38,790 bases of DNA, from the NCBI GenBank assembly GCA_046758965.1, contig JBHIBG010000017.1, positions 1 through 38,790 on the forward strand, read 5' to 3'. Under the pieces are notes generated by a model. It was not told where the DNA came from. It saw nothing but the letters and a program-made list of their open reading frames with translations, and searched no databases. Shown in pieces: positions 26,666 through 36,164 of this stretch (positions are counted from its first letter, which is position 1; every line of letters begins with the position of its first letter). Origin of the DNA: Candidatus Methylomirabilia bacterium. Its GTDB lineage: Bacteria > Methylomirabilota > Methylomirabilia > Rokubacteriales > CSP1-6. A program made the position numbers and the translations under genes.

Positions 26666-28123
26666 CTACCGGGTCGTAGCCGTTGCCAATGGCCTGGTAC
26701 CTGCCTCTATCCACTCCAATGTATCCCGTGAAAAAGTAAAGATTTTCAGCGGGTCATACTTCAACTCCAGGGTAATCCGCTTCGCGCTGGTACTCTGCCG
26801 ATAAATACGAAAATTCCGTACCAACACATAGATATGATCCTGATTCTTCAGTGGCCGAACGGCTTCAATGAACGACTCCAGGTTTGGGGTAGGAATCCCA
26901 TTCACCTCCTCAACCACGACGGCATAGGATGTTTCCTGCTCCACGGTGCCCATTCCCAGTTCCGAGAAAGAAGTTCCTACCTTGGCCTGGGACAGAAATA
27001 CTCCATCAGACTCGATCTCATATTGGCGCCGTAATTCCGGAGTGAGGTCATGAAGAACCCCACCCGCAAAGAGTGCAAATTCACGGATTTTTGTCTTTTC
27101 AGCGTCCAAAACATGCACTGTGTAGGAAGATTTCGCGCCGTTACGATAGACCATCAACGAGACTTCTTTACCCACGTTGGCGTCGATTACCTTGTCGAGC
27201 AAGTACAGGTCATCACCCACCACCCGTCCTTCTACTTCAACGACCAAGTCCCCTGGAAGTAACACCCCCTCGGAAGGGCTTCGGGGCACGATGCGATCGA
27301 TGTAAATCAGCCGCTTGATGTCTTTGCGCAGGGATTGAATCCGTTCGGCCACCTCCTCGGGCAGGTGAAGATGCTTGCGGGCATCTGAGATAAGCATCAG
27401 GTCCAACTCCACCCCGATGTCGCCACGCAGTACCCTTCCCTGGGACTTGAGCTGCTTCAAAGCATCGGTGATGTATTCGATTCGCAGCTCGAAGCTTGTT
27501 GTGTCGGTTCCCGCGAAATGAATCCCTACCACCCGGCCTTCGGCATTGAAGACTGGGCTACCGCTGCTCCCGCCAGTACGATCAAAGCTCGTTTGGAACG
27601 TGGCGGAGTGTCGATCCCCTTTGTCCACAATCAAATTGGTCACCCTCCCAAACTTGATTGAATGTTCCTCCCCGTCATTGTTGCCAATCAGGAATACCTC
27701 ATCCTGCTCCTCTAGCTTGAAGGAGCTGCCGAGCCGAACCTCTTGCAAGGGGAAGTTGAGCTTGGACACATCCACTTGATAAAAGGCGAAGTCGTGATAG
27801 ATGTCATAGTGCAAGGGGCGTGCCTCAGTGGATTCGCCGTTGTCGAACGTGATCTTTACTTGAGAAGGACTTGTCGTGGCAACATGGCGATTTGTCGCAA
27901 TAATGCCCGACTTCGCATCCACAATGAAGCCGGTGCCCAGGAACCGGCCAACCGACTCCGCATTCAACGCATTGGACACAGATGTTTCGACATTCACGAC
28001 CGTCTTTTTAAGACGTATGACCAGGTTTTCATCGATTTGCGCGCCGGCCTCGATGGGTAGAAGCAGGCACCAGAAAAGGATTACCAAAGAATGTTGCCAA
28101 CGGCTCTGATAGCGATATCTCAT
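26666..28123 (-). CDS. Trypsin-like serine protease with PDZ domains, Nma111/DegP7-like, with probable signal peptide
   Basis: True start probably MRYRY (ATG at 28123, GGAGG RBS); the 885-aa ORF is over-extended antisense to the WYL gene. Motifs GTGFIVD, TNRHV (His), HDF (Asp), GGSSGSPV (Ser), then PDZ-like regions. Visibly lower GC. Confidence 0.85.
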   Translation of the reverse strand: MRYRYQSRWQHSLVILFWCLLLPIEAGAQIDENLVIRLKKTVVNVETSVSNALNAESVGRFLGTGFIVDAKSGIIATNRHVATTSPSQVKITFDNGESTEARPLHYDIYHDFAFYQVDVSKLNFPLQEVRLGSSFKLEEQDEVFLIGNNDGEEHSIKFGRVTNLIVDKGDRHSATFQTSFDRTGGSSGSPVFNAEGRVVGIHFAGTDTTSFELRIEYITDALKQLKSQGRVLRGDIGVELDLMLISDARKHLHLPEEVAERIQSLRKDIKRLIYIDRIVPRSPSEGVLLPGDLVVEVEGRVVGDDLYLLDKVIDANVGKEVSLMVYRNGAKSSYTVHVLDAEKTKIREFALFAGGVLHDLTPELRRQYEIESDGVFLSQAKVGTSFSELGMGTVEQETSYAVVVEEVNGIPTPNLESFIEAVRPLKNQDHIYVLVRNFRIYRQSTSAKRITLELKYDPLKIFTFSRDTLEWIEAGTRPLATATTR

Positions 28124-28297
28124 CCGTTTCTCCTCCCTTTCTGTCACGTGGTTATGGCGAAAGGTTTTCATATAGTCCTGGACCCTGCAAACCAGACCAC
28201 CCACCTCGTCTCCTCCTCTTTCTCCTGCATGCATCCTGTTCTGAGCCAGTGTCTCCATGGTCTTCGACCTTCTTTGCGACCCACTATCGCAGAGACG

Positions 28298-28370
28298 TGT
28301 GACAGCCACGGTCACAGCTCTCACGGGAATTTCCAGCCTTCGAAGAGTCGATCTCTGACCGCCCCTGTCA
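28298..28370. promoter_or_regulatory. Two TGAC-N7-GTCA palindromic operators between the divergent protease and WYL genes
   Basis: TGTGACAGCCACGGTCACA (28298-28316) and TGACCGCCCCTGTCA (28356-28370). Confidence 0.6.
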
Positions 28371-28484
28371 CTGGTCCCCGCCATACCGGCTTTCAATTCC
28401 CTTGACCGACTCCCTGATGGTCGGGATGACCGCCGATCCGCCAGTGGCTGCGCTGGTGGTCGGGCGAGGGTCGGAGGTAAGCAC

Positions 28485-28502
28485 TTGGCACGATTCGTGC
28501 AA
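28485..28502 (+). promoter_or_regulatory. Sigma54 (-24/-12)-like promoter upstream of the WYL gene
   Basis: TTGGCACGATTCGTGCAA has exact GG-N10-GC spacing and lies about 30 bp before the ATG. Confidence 0.6.
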
Positions 28503-28531
28503 TTGCGAGAAATCGTCAGGAGTGGAGGAGC

Positions 28532-29617
28532 ATGGCTCGGGGTGATCAGCTCTCGAGGCAGTGGCGGCTGATCCGCTTTCTGGACCACCCGAACGGCTTC
28601 ACGGTGGACGAAGCGGCCCGGGAGTTGGGCTGTACCGTCCGCACCGTGTGGCGGGACCTCGATGTTCTCCAGAAAGCCAATTTCCCCCTCTACACGCAGC
28701 CCGACGGCAAGCGCGTCCGCTACCGGCTCGTGGATGGCTTCCACGCCAAGCTCCCGGCGCCCTTCACGCTGAGTGAGGTGGTGGCACTCCTGATGAGCCG
28801 GGACCTTCTGGCTCCGGCGAGCGGGAGCGTCGTGGGCCCCTCGGTCCACGCTGCCTTCGACAAGATCCGAGCGCTCCTGCCGGACAAGGCGCTCGAGCTC
28901 CTGGATGAGATGCGCGCCGTGATCGGGGTCCGCGCCCTGGGAGCCAAGCTCCTGCTGGGGACAGCTGACTACCTCACCCGGATCCACGATGCGCTCCTCG
29001 ATCGGCGGACGCTCCACCTCGACTACTTCGCCTTCAGCAAGCAGGAGGAGTCGACGCGCCTTGTGGACCCGTATCATCTGATGTTTCACCAGGGCGGGCT
29101 CTATCTGATCGGCTACTGCCACACGCGGAAGGACCTGCGGATTTTTGCCGTCGAGCGGATCCAGAGACTCGAGGTCACAGACCGCCGCTTCACCCTCCCA
29201 GCTGACTTCGACGCCGAGCGCTACCTCGCAGGTGCCTGGGGGCTGATCCGGGGGCAGCAGGTCACGATCAAGGTCGTCTTCGCGCCGACGGTGGCCCCGT
29301 GGATCGCGGAGCGCGTCTGGCACCCGAGCCAGTCCTTCCGGTGGCTGGCGGGCAAGCGCCTGGAGATCACCCTCAAGGTAGCGGACACTCCCGACATTCG
29401 CCGCTGGCTCCTGGGGTTCGGTTCCGATGCCGAGGTAATCGAGCCCGCGGCTCTGCGAGAGGCCCTGCGCGCTCAGGCGGAGGCGCTGGTCCGCAAGGTG
29501 ACTCCGATTCGACGTCCGCCCCGGGCGATCTCCCTCGCCGAACTCCCCTCCACCGTCCTTTCTCGCGCAAACTCCCGTCGTGCCCGAAAGCTAGCGCGCT
29601 TCCCAGCCGGACGGTGA
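28532..29617 (+). CDS. HTH-WYL-WCX transcriptional regulator (PafB/YafY/BrxR-like)
   Basis: ARELGCTVRTVWRDLDVL wHTH; R.VDPY.L...GLYLIGYC..R..LRIFAVERI WYL domain; WLLGFG..AEVIEP..LR WCX domain. Confidence 0.93.
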   Translation: MARGDQLSRQWRLIRFLDHPNGFTVDEAARELGCTVRTVWRDLDVLQKANFPLYTQPDGKRVRYRLVDGFHAKLPAPFTLSEVVALLMSRDLLAPASGSVVGPSVHAAFDKIRALLPDKALELLDEMRAVIGVRALGAKLLLGTADYLTRIHDALLDRRTLHLDYFAFSKQEESTRLVDPYHLMFHQGGLYLIGYCHTRKDLRIFAVERIQRLEVTDRRFTLPADFDAERYLAGAWGLIRGQQVTIKVVFAPTVAPWIAERVWHPSQSFRWLAGKRLEITLKVADTPDIRRWLLGFGSDAEVIEPAALREALRAQAEALVRKVTPIRRPPRAISLAELPSTVLSRANSRRARKLARFPAGR

Positions 29618-29815
29618 CCGACAGCGTGAAGCTTGGTGCGTCCAGAGCCTCAGATGCTCGGGCCCGAGTAGCGGAACCTCCGTACTTCGCTGCCACCCTT
29701 ACCCTCCGGCAGTGTTCGGGCCTGACCAGGTGCAGCCTTGGGCGTAAGATGGTGGCAGAGTGCGATCTCTACATCCGTCCTGGCTTTGAAGGTGCGGCGG
29801 TAAAGGAGGGAAGGC

Positions 29816-31030
29816 GTGCCGGTTTACTCATATAGCCGCCTGTCGGTCTACGAGACCTGCCCCAGACAGTACAAGTTCCAGTACGTGGACAGGGTTGAGG
29901 TTCCGGAGGAAGAGGAAGCCGTCCAGCTCGTTCTCGGCAGCCGCGTCCACGAGGCCCTGGAGTACCTGTACCGTGACCTCATGCGAGGCCGCCTCCGCAC
30001 CCTCGACGAGATCCTGGAGTTCTACCGGCAGGAGTGGGAGGAGCAGTGGCCGGCCAGGGTTCGGTTCCCGAATCCGGACGACGACCCGGAGACCTACCGA
30101 ATCGCCGGGGAGAGGTATCTGACCGAGTACTACCAGCGCTACCACCCGTTCGACCGGGAGCGCACCCTGGCGGTGGAGCGCCGGCTGATGTTCCCGCTGG
30201 ACGACGAGGGGAAGGTGCGCATCGCGGGGCACATCGACCGGCTGGCCATCAGCCCGCAGGAGGTCTGGGAGATCAGGGACTACAAGACCGATCAGTACCT
30301 GCGCACGCAGGGCCAGCTGGATGAGGACCGTCAGCTGGCACTCTACCAGATCGGGGTCCGGCACGCCTGGCCGCAGGCCGAGCAGATCGAGCTTGTCTGG
30401 CACTTCCTGGCACACGGCGCGGAGCTCCGGTCTCGCCGCACTCCGGAGCAACTCGAGGGCCTCAGGCGAGATGTCTTACGCCAGGTCCGGACAATAGAGT
30501 CCGACCAGGAGCACCGCACTGTCGTCGGCGGTCACTGCGACTGGTGTCCGTACCGGCCGATCTGCCCGGCGTGGCGGCACATTGCACGAACTGAGGAGCT
30601 TCCGCCCGAGGAGTTCCAGCGCGATGCCGGGGTGCAGCTCGTGGACCGCTACGCGGACCTTAAGCGGCAGGAACATGAGCTTGCGGCGGAAATAGACACT
30701 GTGAAGCACCAGCTCGTTGCGTTTGCCGATCACGAGCAGATAGACGCCGTCCGCGGTACTCATCACCAGGTCACGATACGACGAGAGACCGTGGTTCGAT
30801 ACCCTGGCAAAGACGACCCCGAGCGACCGGCACTCGAGGAATTGGTCAAACAGCACGGCAAGTGGGGTGAAGTCTCGGATCTGAGCCTCAGGGCATTGGC
30901 CAAGGCTGTGCGCACTGGAGAGTGGCCGGAACGCCTGGTCTCTGCGCTTCACCGATTCGAGCAGCAAGAGCAGGCCGCGCGTATACGACTCGCGAAGCTC
31001 CGCCCAGACGAGGGGGAAAGAGGAAAATGA
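29816..31030 (+). CDS. PD-(D/E)XK nuclease, RecB/AddB/Cas4-like with Fe-S staple
   Basis: SYSRL..YETCPRQY, GSRVH.ALE, VE...GHIDRL...IRDYKT, QLALY, CDWCPYRPICP; AGGAGG RBS. Confidence 0.9.
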   Translation: MPVYSYSRLSVYETCPRQYKFQYVDRVEVPEEEEAVQLVLGSRVHEALEYLYRDLMRGRLRTLDEILEFYRQEWEEQWPARVRFPNPDDDPETYRIAGERYLTEYYQRYHPFDRERTLAVERRLMFPLDDEGKVRIAGHIDRLAISPQEVWEIRDYKTDQYLRTQGQLDEDRQLALYQIGVRHAWPQAEQIELVWHFLAHGAELRSRRTPEQLEGLRRDVLRQVRTIESDQEHRTVVGGHCDWCPYRPICPAWRHIARTEELPPEEFQRDAGVQLVDRYADLKRQEHELAAEIDTVKHQLVAFADHEQIDAVRGTHHQVTIRRETVVRYPGKDDPERPALEELVKQHGKWGEVSDLSLRALAKAVRTGEWPERLVSALHRFEQQEQAARIRLAKLRPDEGERGK

Positions 31031-31375
31031 ATGGGTCGGGAATGATGCTGGATTGAGTGAATATCGAATTTGCTCGTATCGGTAACCGGCCACGCGAAAA
31101 GATGGAAGGGTTTCTGGTCGTGTCGACCCAGAGGCTCGGGCGGCAACACACGAGTTCTAGGCCTCGGGCCCCCGAAGTAGGCATCCTGGGGGACGGACGC
31201 TGCGGGGGACTCCCCAAGTTTTCCCCGAGCTGATCGGTCCGGCGCTTGAACACAGTGCCGTCAGTCCGATGACCACCTGAGCCGACCCAGGACGATCTAC
31301 CGCTGTAGGAACCTGAGAAGCATATAATAACGGAGACAGATTGGGGGGCGTAGTAGTTGGCTGAGGGAGGTGTCG

Positions 31376-31545
31376 ATGCCTCTATTTCGTGTCAAAGGTC
31401 GGACTGTTGTAAGAATCCCCCCCAAGGAGCGCCGCATCAAGGAGGAAGTAATACATCAACTGATCGAGGACAACATTTCGAGATTTTTCGAAGACCTTGT
31501 TTTCGTCGCACGAAAACCACGCATTGGAGGAAAGGAATCGTCGAG
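31376..31545 (+). pseudogene. Truncated N-terminus of a NucS/DUF91-like endonuclease gene
   Basis: GGAGG RBS then MPLFRV...KEEVIHQLIEDNISRFFEDLVFVARKPRIGGKE; similarity breaks just before the expected D-L catalytic motif. Confidence 0.4.
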
Positions 31546-31593
31546 GCCCGGACGGCCGGGCCGAAAAAGGGCCCCATTGCAGATGTTTCACTA

Positions 31594-31635
31594 TGGTACA
31601 ATCCGCGCTAAAAGGTCTCTCGTCGTAACCGAGAC
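31594..31635 (+). promoter_or_regulatory. Extended -10 promoter and inverted-repeat operator of the BREX-related operon
   Basis: TGGTACAAT (TGn-TACAAT) at 31594-31602 and GTCTC-N11-GAGAC at 31615-31635, just before the HTH gene. Confidence 0.45.
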
Positions 31636-31647
31636 TCAAGTTGCGCG

Positions 31648-31857
31648 ATGAAGCTCCGCAAGTTTCGGAACCGAGACCTCCTCACGGACGCCGAGCTCCA
31701 GGAACTTTTGGAGGTCTCGCGAGCCACCCTTTGGCGCCTCCGTAAGGCGGACGGAATCCCCTACAGCAAGGTCGGACGCCAGTACCGCTACCTCAAGACG
31801 GAAATCCTGGAATGGCTCAGACGGTCGAGGAGTCGGCACGGGAAGCGACACCGTTGA
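31648..31857 (+). CDS. Excisionase/AlpA-like HTH DNA-binding protein
   Basis: LLTDAELQELLEVSRATLWRLRK..GIP..KVGRQYRY...EILEWL. Confidence 0.85.
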   Translation: MKLRKFRNRDLLTDAELQELLEVSRATLWRLRKADGIPYSKVGRQYRYLKTEILEWLRRSRSRHGKRHR

Positions 31858-31910
31858 TGACGGGTCAGGCCATCCTTTTCGATATTTGCCTATTCTGGTG
31901 AGGTAGCGCC

Positions 31911-34508
31911 ATGGGCTATACGTCTTTGTTGAGACCGCGAGCTGAAACGCTGGCCGACGAGATCGAGGGGATCATCGATCTGGCCAACCTCGCTGACCGT
32001 CGCCGGCGGAAGCTCGAAGCCCGGCCCGACGCCTTCTTCGGGCTAACATACCCCACCGCAGATGTGCGTCGGGTGGTCAGTCTCCTTGACCAACGGTTCG
32101 GTGACAGCGGAGCAACCCCGGGGCTCTTCCTCTTCGAGGGCTTGAAGGGCAGTGGGAAGTCGCATCTCCTGCTGCTGGTCTATCACCTCTTCAAAAACCC
32201 CAAGGAAGCTCGCAAATGGCTGGAGCGGCACGGGCTCACCTGCCGGCTCCCCGATGGGATCATTCCTGTTGTCAACAAGTTCACGGACCTGCCCCTCCTA
32301 TCCATCTGGGATTTCGTGTTTGAACAGGTCACAGGGCGACGACCAGCCAAGAGCGTCCTCCAGCCGAGCCTCGCCGACGTGGAAGCGGCCTTGGCTGGCC
32401 GGCAGGTGATCCTGATCTTCGATGAGCTCGAGCAAGGGATTCGGGTCCTTCCCGATCAGGCCGTCAAAGCCCAGAACATCGCCTTTCTTCAGATGCTCTC
32501 CGAGTGGGGGAATCGGTCCACTCAGGTTACCCTCTTCGCCAGCATCTATAGCGACCAGGAGGAGCCTGGGACAACGCTCAAACGGGTGCCGGCCTGTCGG
32601 GTCCAGTTCGCCCAGGCCCAGGACCGGGCCCGGGTCGTTCTGCATCGGATCTTCGAGAACTACCTCGACTTCAAGCCGGAGGCCGCCGCACCCGTTGTGG
32701 AGAGCTATCTGAATACCTGGCGCCGGCACGCTCAGCTCAACGCGGAGGAGTACCGGCAGCAGATGCTTGAGGCCTATCCCTTCACTCCCGACCTCCTGGA
32801 CATCATGCACCGCCGGGTTCCTGCCCGAGGGGGGTTCCAGAATGTGCGTGGTGCGCTCGGTTTCCTCGCCCACCTCGTGCGACTCACTCACGGCGAGGCC
32901 GACCTGATCACCCCGGGACAGGCCAGCATCCTGGATCGAGAGGTGGCGGTGCGCTTGAGCGACCTCGATCCAGGGCGTGATCTCATCGCCAGGGCGCAAG
33001 GGAATGTCGAGGAGCTGAAGACAGTCCCCTTCGCCGGCGAGGTTGCCTCGGCGACTCTTCTCTACACGTTGACGGGCGTCGACAGCCGGACCCACGGAGC
33101 CACTCGGGAGGAGCTGATCCGGAGCGTCCTCAAGCCGACGGGCGACATCAACGAGTTTGAGCAAAGCCTAGCGGCCTTTCAGAAGTACGCGGCCTACTTC
33201 CATGTCCGAGATGGTCGCTACTTCTTTGATCCTGAGGAGAACGCAGACGCTAAGGTGGAATATCGCTCATTGAAGTTTGACGATGACCGAGCGCGGGCAG
33301 CCCTCCGGAGCTTGTGGCGGGAGGAACTCTTCAGAGACCCCGCCGCCGTGATCTGGAGCGATCCAGAAAAGACCAAAGAAGCCCTGGAGTCTCTGGATAA
33401 GGATCGCCTCCCCTGGGTCTTGGCGGCTCGCCGTCTTTCCGGGGACGAGCGTCAGGCGCTCTACCACGGGCTCTCGGTGCGAAATCAAGTCATTCTCCTG
33501 GAGCCTAGAGATGACACGTTCAACCTAGAGCGCCACCCGGACCTCCTTAAGTGGGCCAAGCGCTACCTCGCCGTGCAGGCTCTCCTTGAGATGCGGCCCG
33601 AGGCGAGCCGCCGGGCGGAGTATGAGCGGATTGCGCGAGAGGATCGAGGCCACATCCTGACCCACATCCGTCGGGCGGGACTCATGTACGTGGGGTTTGC
33701 AGGGCGACCACACGGGATCGAGATCGAGGAAGAATCGCTCGGGGCGGCTGCGTCAAGAGAAGAGGTTGCCGTGGTCCTGAGCCAGCAGCTCTTCCCACCT
33801 CAGCGGCTGGCTGAGCACCTGGCTGATCGGCTTGAACAGGTCAAAAGCCGATCGGTCCGCGAAGTGGATCGAGAGTATCGGTTCACCCTCGGGTTCCCGG
33901 TGCCGACCCACGCTAGCTCTATGACTCGGGCCATCCGACTCCTCTGCAAAGACCGCAAAGTCGGGGTCTCCCACCATCGGGGAAACTTCTGCGGGTCCGA
34001 TCTGGCCCTAAGCGATGCGGAGCTCATGGAGGCCATCCTCGGCGAGCCCTTGGAAGCGGGAGGACTATTCCCACCGCCTCGTCCTAGTCCGGTGTCAGCC
34101 CCAGCTGCTGGCACTCCGGCAGCGACACCCATACCACCAGCTCCACTACCCGTTGGCGAGCAGGTTTCCAGGCGGACCGGGCCTCAACTCGGGATCGGCC
34201 CTCTTCGTCAGGCTGCTGCTGCCATCCTCCAGGAGTACCCTTCGGCCAAGGTAATCAAGGCAAGATTCACGATCTACACGGAGCAGAATACGGGCGATCT
34301 GAGCAGTCTTCCGGCGGCCTATCGAGGGAGTCTCTCTGGCGCGGGGGTGCTGACCATTGAGATCGCGATCACGAAGGAGGGGGAACTGAGCAAGTCCGAG
34401 CTGGAGCAGACTATCGAGCGCCTTCCGACCATTCCCCAGGCTCACTATAGCGCCGACCTTACCCTCTTAGTTCCGGCGGAGGAGGGGAGTGGCGGTCCTG
34501 ACTCGTGA
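31911..34508 (+). CDS. DUF499-like AAA+ ATPase (BrxC/PglY-related)
   Basis: F..TYPT, Walker A GLKGSGKSH, Walker B ILIFDE, YPFTP.L, GGFQNVRG.L; Pro-rich linker before a C-terminal domain. Confidence 0.85.
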   Translation: MGYTSLLRPRAETLADEIEGIIDLANLADRRRRKLEARPDAFFGLTYPTADVRRVVSLLDQRFGDSGATPGLFLFEGLKGSGKSHLLLLVYHLFKNPKEARKWLERHGLTCRLPDGIIPVVNKFTDLPLLSIWDFVFEQVTGRRPAKSVLQPSLADVEAALAGRQVILIFDELEQGIRVLPDQAVKAQNIAFLQMLSEWGNRSTQVTLFASIYSDQEEPGTTLKRVPACRVQFAQAQDRARVVLHRIFENYLDFKPEAAAPVVESYLNTWRRHAQLNAEEYRQQMLEAYPFTPDLLDIMHRRVPARGGFQNVRGALGFLAHLVRLTHGEADLITPGQASILDREVAVRLSDLDPGRDLIARAQGNVEELKTVPFAGEVASATLLYTLTGVDSRTHGATREELIRSVLKPTGDINEFEQSLAAFQKYAAYFHVRDGRYFFDPEENADAKVEYRSLKFDDDRARAALRSLWREELFRDPAAVIWSDPEKTKEALESLDKDRLPWVLAARRLSGDERQALYHGLSVRNQVILLEPRDDTFNLERHPDLLKWAKRYLAVQALLEMRPEASRRAEYERIAREDRGHILTHIRRAGLMYVGFAGRPHGIEIEEESLGAAASREEVAVVLSQQLFPPQRLAEHLADRLEQVKSRSVREVDREYRFTLGFPVPTHASSMTRAIRLLCKDRKVGVSHHRGNFCGSDLALSDAELMEAILGEPLEAGGLFPPPRPSPVSAPAAGTPAATPIPPAPLPVGEQVSRRTGPQLGIGPLRQAAAAILQEYPSAKVIKARFTIYTEQNTGDLSSLPAAYRGSLSGAGVLTIEIAITKEGELSKSELEQTIERLPTIPQAHYSADLTLLVPAEEGSGGPDS

Positions 34509-35475
34509 TGTCTTTGACCGGCTCACCGCGCTTGGGCCCCGCCTCCCCTGGCTCGGGCAGTGGCTCCTGGAGGAGACCTGGACTCGCGCGCGCTACGAAA
34601 ACCTGGGCCCGCTCACTTTCCTCGAGCGGGGGGAACAGGCGGTGAACGAGCTGGAGGAGGTGGTCGCCGCAGCCGCCCCTCGAACCTATGATGAGCTGAT
34701 GGCTGACCCGCCGCCCCACCGGGACCTTCGCGTGTTTCTTGAGCAGGAGCGCCCCTGTGCTGCGGTGGTGTTTGACGGCCTCTCTCTCCGGGAGGTCGCG
34801 GTTGTGCTTCGGCTGGCAGAGGGCGCAGGGTTCCAGATCCGGGTGGTTGACGTGAGCACCGCGGCCGTGCCCAGTGGGACCGTCGAGTTCGTCGAGCAAC
34901 GGCTCCGGGCGGGCCGGACCCCGCCCTCCCAGCTCCCCGGCCGCCGGGAGCTGAGAGATGCCGGGATCGAGGTGCTCTACTACGATCACGAAGGGCGCCG
35001 GCATCAGCTCGTTCCCGACCACCAGGCCTTCTGCCTCTGGTCTGCCTTCCCCGATCAGACCTATCAGGACTCCGGAGCAAGGTTCCCCAACCACTTCGCC
35101 GAGCTCCACCGCCGCCTGGAGGCTGTGTGGAGGAATACGGTCCAGGCGATTCCGCCCGGACGGAAGATTCTCGTCAGCAGCGACCACGGGTACATCTTTT
35201 TCGGTCCCGGTTGTTCGGCTCGAAGGGACAACCCAACGATCCGACCGCTGACCGAGTGGCTCGGTGGCGAGCGGTGCCGAGCGCTCTCGCCCGCTGACGA
35301 CCCTCCATCTCACCCTGACCTCGCGCTGATTCCCCATCGCCAGGTAGCGATGGTCCGGGGGCGGGTTCAGACCCACCCTCCTGGCCCGGCCGGGACTCGA
35401 CTCTACAAGCACGGCGGCCTCTCTCTGATGGAGATGCTCACGCCCTGGATCGTCCTGGAGTCGGGCCCGGCGTGA
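34489..35475 (+). CDS. Stand-alone PglZ-like alkaline-phosphatase-superfamily protein
   Basis: VFDGLSLRE, LVSSDHGY and KHGGLSLMEMLTPW motifs typical of PglZ; overlaps the ATPase stop. Confidence 0.82.
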   Translation: MAVLTRDVFDRLTALGPRLPWLGQWLLEETWTRARYENLGPLTFLERGEQAVNELEEVVAAAAPRTYDELMADPPPHRDLRVFLEQERPCAAVVFDGLSLREVAVVLRLAEGAGFQIRVVDVSTAAVPSGTVEFVEQRLRAGRTPPSQLPGRRELRDAGIEVLYYDHEGRRHQLVPDHQAFCLWSAFPDQTYQDSGARFPNHFAELHRRLEAVWRNTVQAIPPGRKILVSSDHGYIFFGPGCSARRDNPTIRPLTEWLGGERCRALSPADDPPSHPDLALIPHRQVAMVRGRVQTHPPGPAGTRLYKHGGLSLMEMLTPWIVLESGPA

Positions 35476-35921
35476 AGCTTGGGATCTACCTCGACACTTC
35501 TGTCGTGAGCGCCTATGTGGATGACCGATTGTCGGAACGAAAACAGGCGACGGTAGAATTCTGGGGCCGCCTCAGGGATTATGAAGTGGCCATCTCAGAG
35601 TTGACGTTAACGGAAATCCAAGCGACTGGTGCCCCTGAGGTTCGAGAGCAGATGACGCGGCTGGTTCATCCATTTTCCGTCCTGCCGACCGAGGAGGAGA
35701 CTCGACGGTTAGCCCAAGAATATGTGCGCCGAGGAGTGTTCTCGCCAGGAACGACGGAGGATTCCCTCCACGTGGCGGTGGCAGTGGTCTCCAGACAGGA
35801 TATTCTCGTGAGCTGGAACTTCCGGCATCTGGTCAACCGTCGGCGCCGGGCTCTCATCAATGAGGTCAACATCCTGATGGGCTACCCGACCATCGAAATC
35901 CTGGCTCCACCCGAAGTGTAA
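35472..35921 (+). CDS. PIN-domain ribonuclease (VapC-like toxin)
   Basis: YLDTSV, ISELT..EI, EDSLHVAVA, LVSWNFRHLVN. Confidence 0.88.
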   Translation: MKLGIYLDTSVVSAYVDDRLSERKQATVEFWGRLRDYEVAISELTLTEIQATGAPEVREQMTRLVHPFSVLPTEEETRRLAQEYVRRGVFSPGTTEDSLHVAVAVVSRQDILVSWNFRHLVNRRRRALINEVNILMGYPTIEILAPPEV

Positions 35922-35932
35922 GGAGCGCGAGT

Positions 35933-36130
35933 ATGATCTTTGACTACCTCACAGCAGCCAAGCGAGCGGGGATCCCCCAGAACAAACTGGAGCGTCTCTG
36001 CGCCCACGTTCGATCCGAGTTTCCATCTGACGAGATGATGGCGGAGCTTCACATCCTGCGTGCGATCCTGGCCGTCGAGCGTGGAGACACGACGCTCGAC
36101 GAAATTCTCTCCCAGGAGATCACGAGCTGA
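35933..36130 (+). CDS. Small helical protein, putative partner/antitoxin of the PIN toxin
   Basis: 65 aa with AAGGAG RBS directly after the PIN gene; VRSEFPSDEMMAELHILRA. Confidence 0.6.
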   Translation: MIFDYLTAAKRAGIPQNKLERLCAHVRSEFPSDEMMAELHILRAILAVERGDTTLDEILSQEITS

Positions 36131-36164
36131 TGACTCTCACGAGGGACGTCATCGCGGGCGGACC

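Noticed and set aside
28124..29323. N-terminal 400 aa of the 885-aa minus-strand ORF
   Set aside because: Antisense to the clear WYL gene and the intergenic operators; the real protease starts near 28123.
29816..31370. CRISPR-Cas (Cas4 plus array)
   Set aside because: No repeat-spacer array and no cas1/cas2 seen in the window; treated as a solo PD-(D/E)XK nuclease.
31648..31857. Prophage or ICE excisionase
   Set aside because: No integrase, att site, tRNA or phage genes nearby; better explained as the operon's controller.
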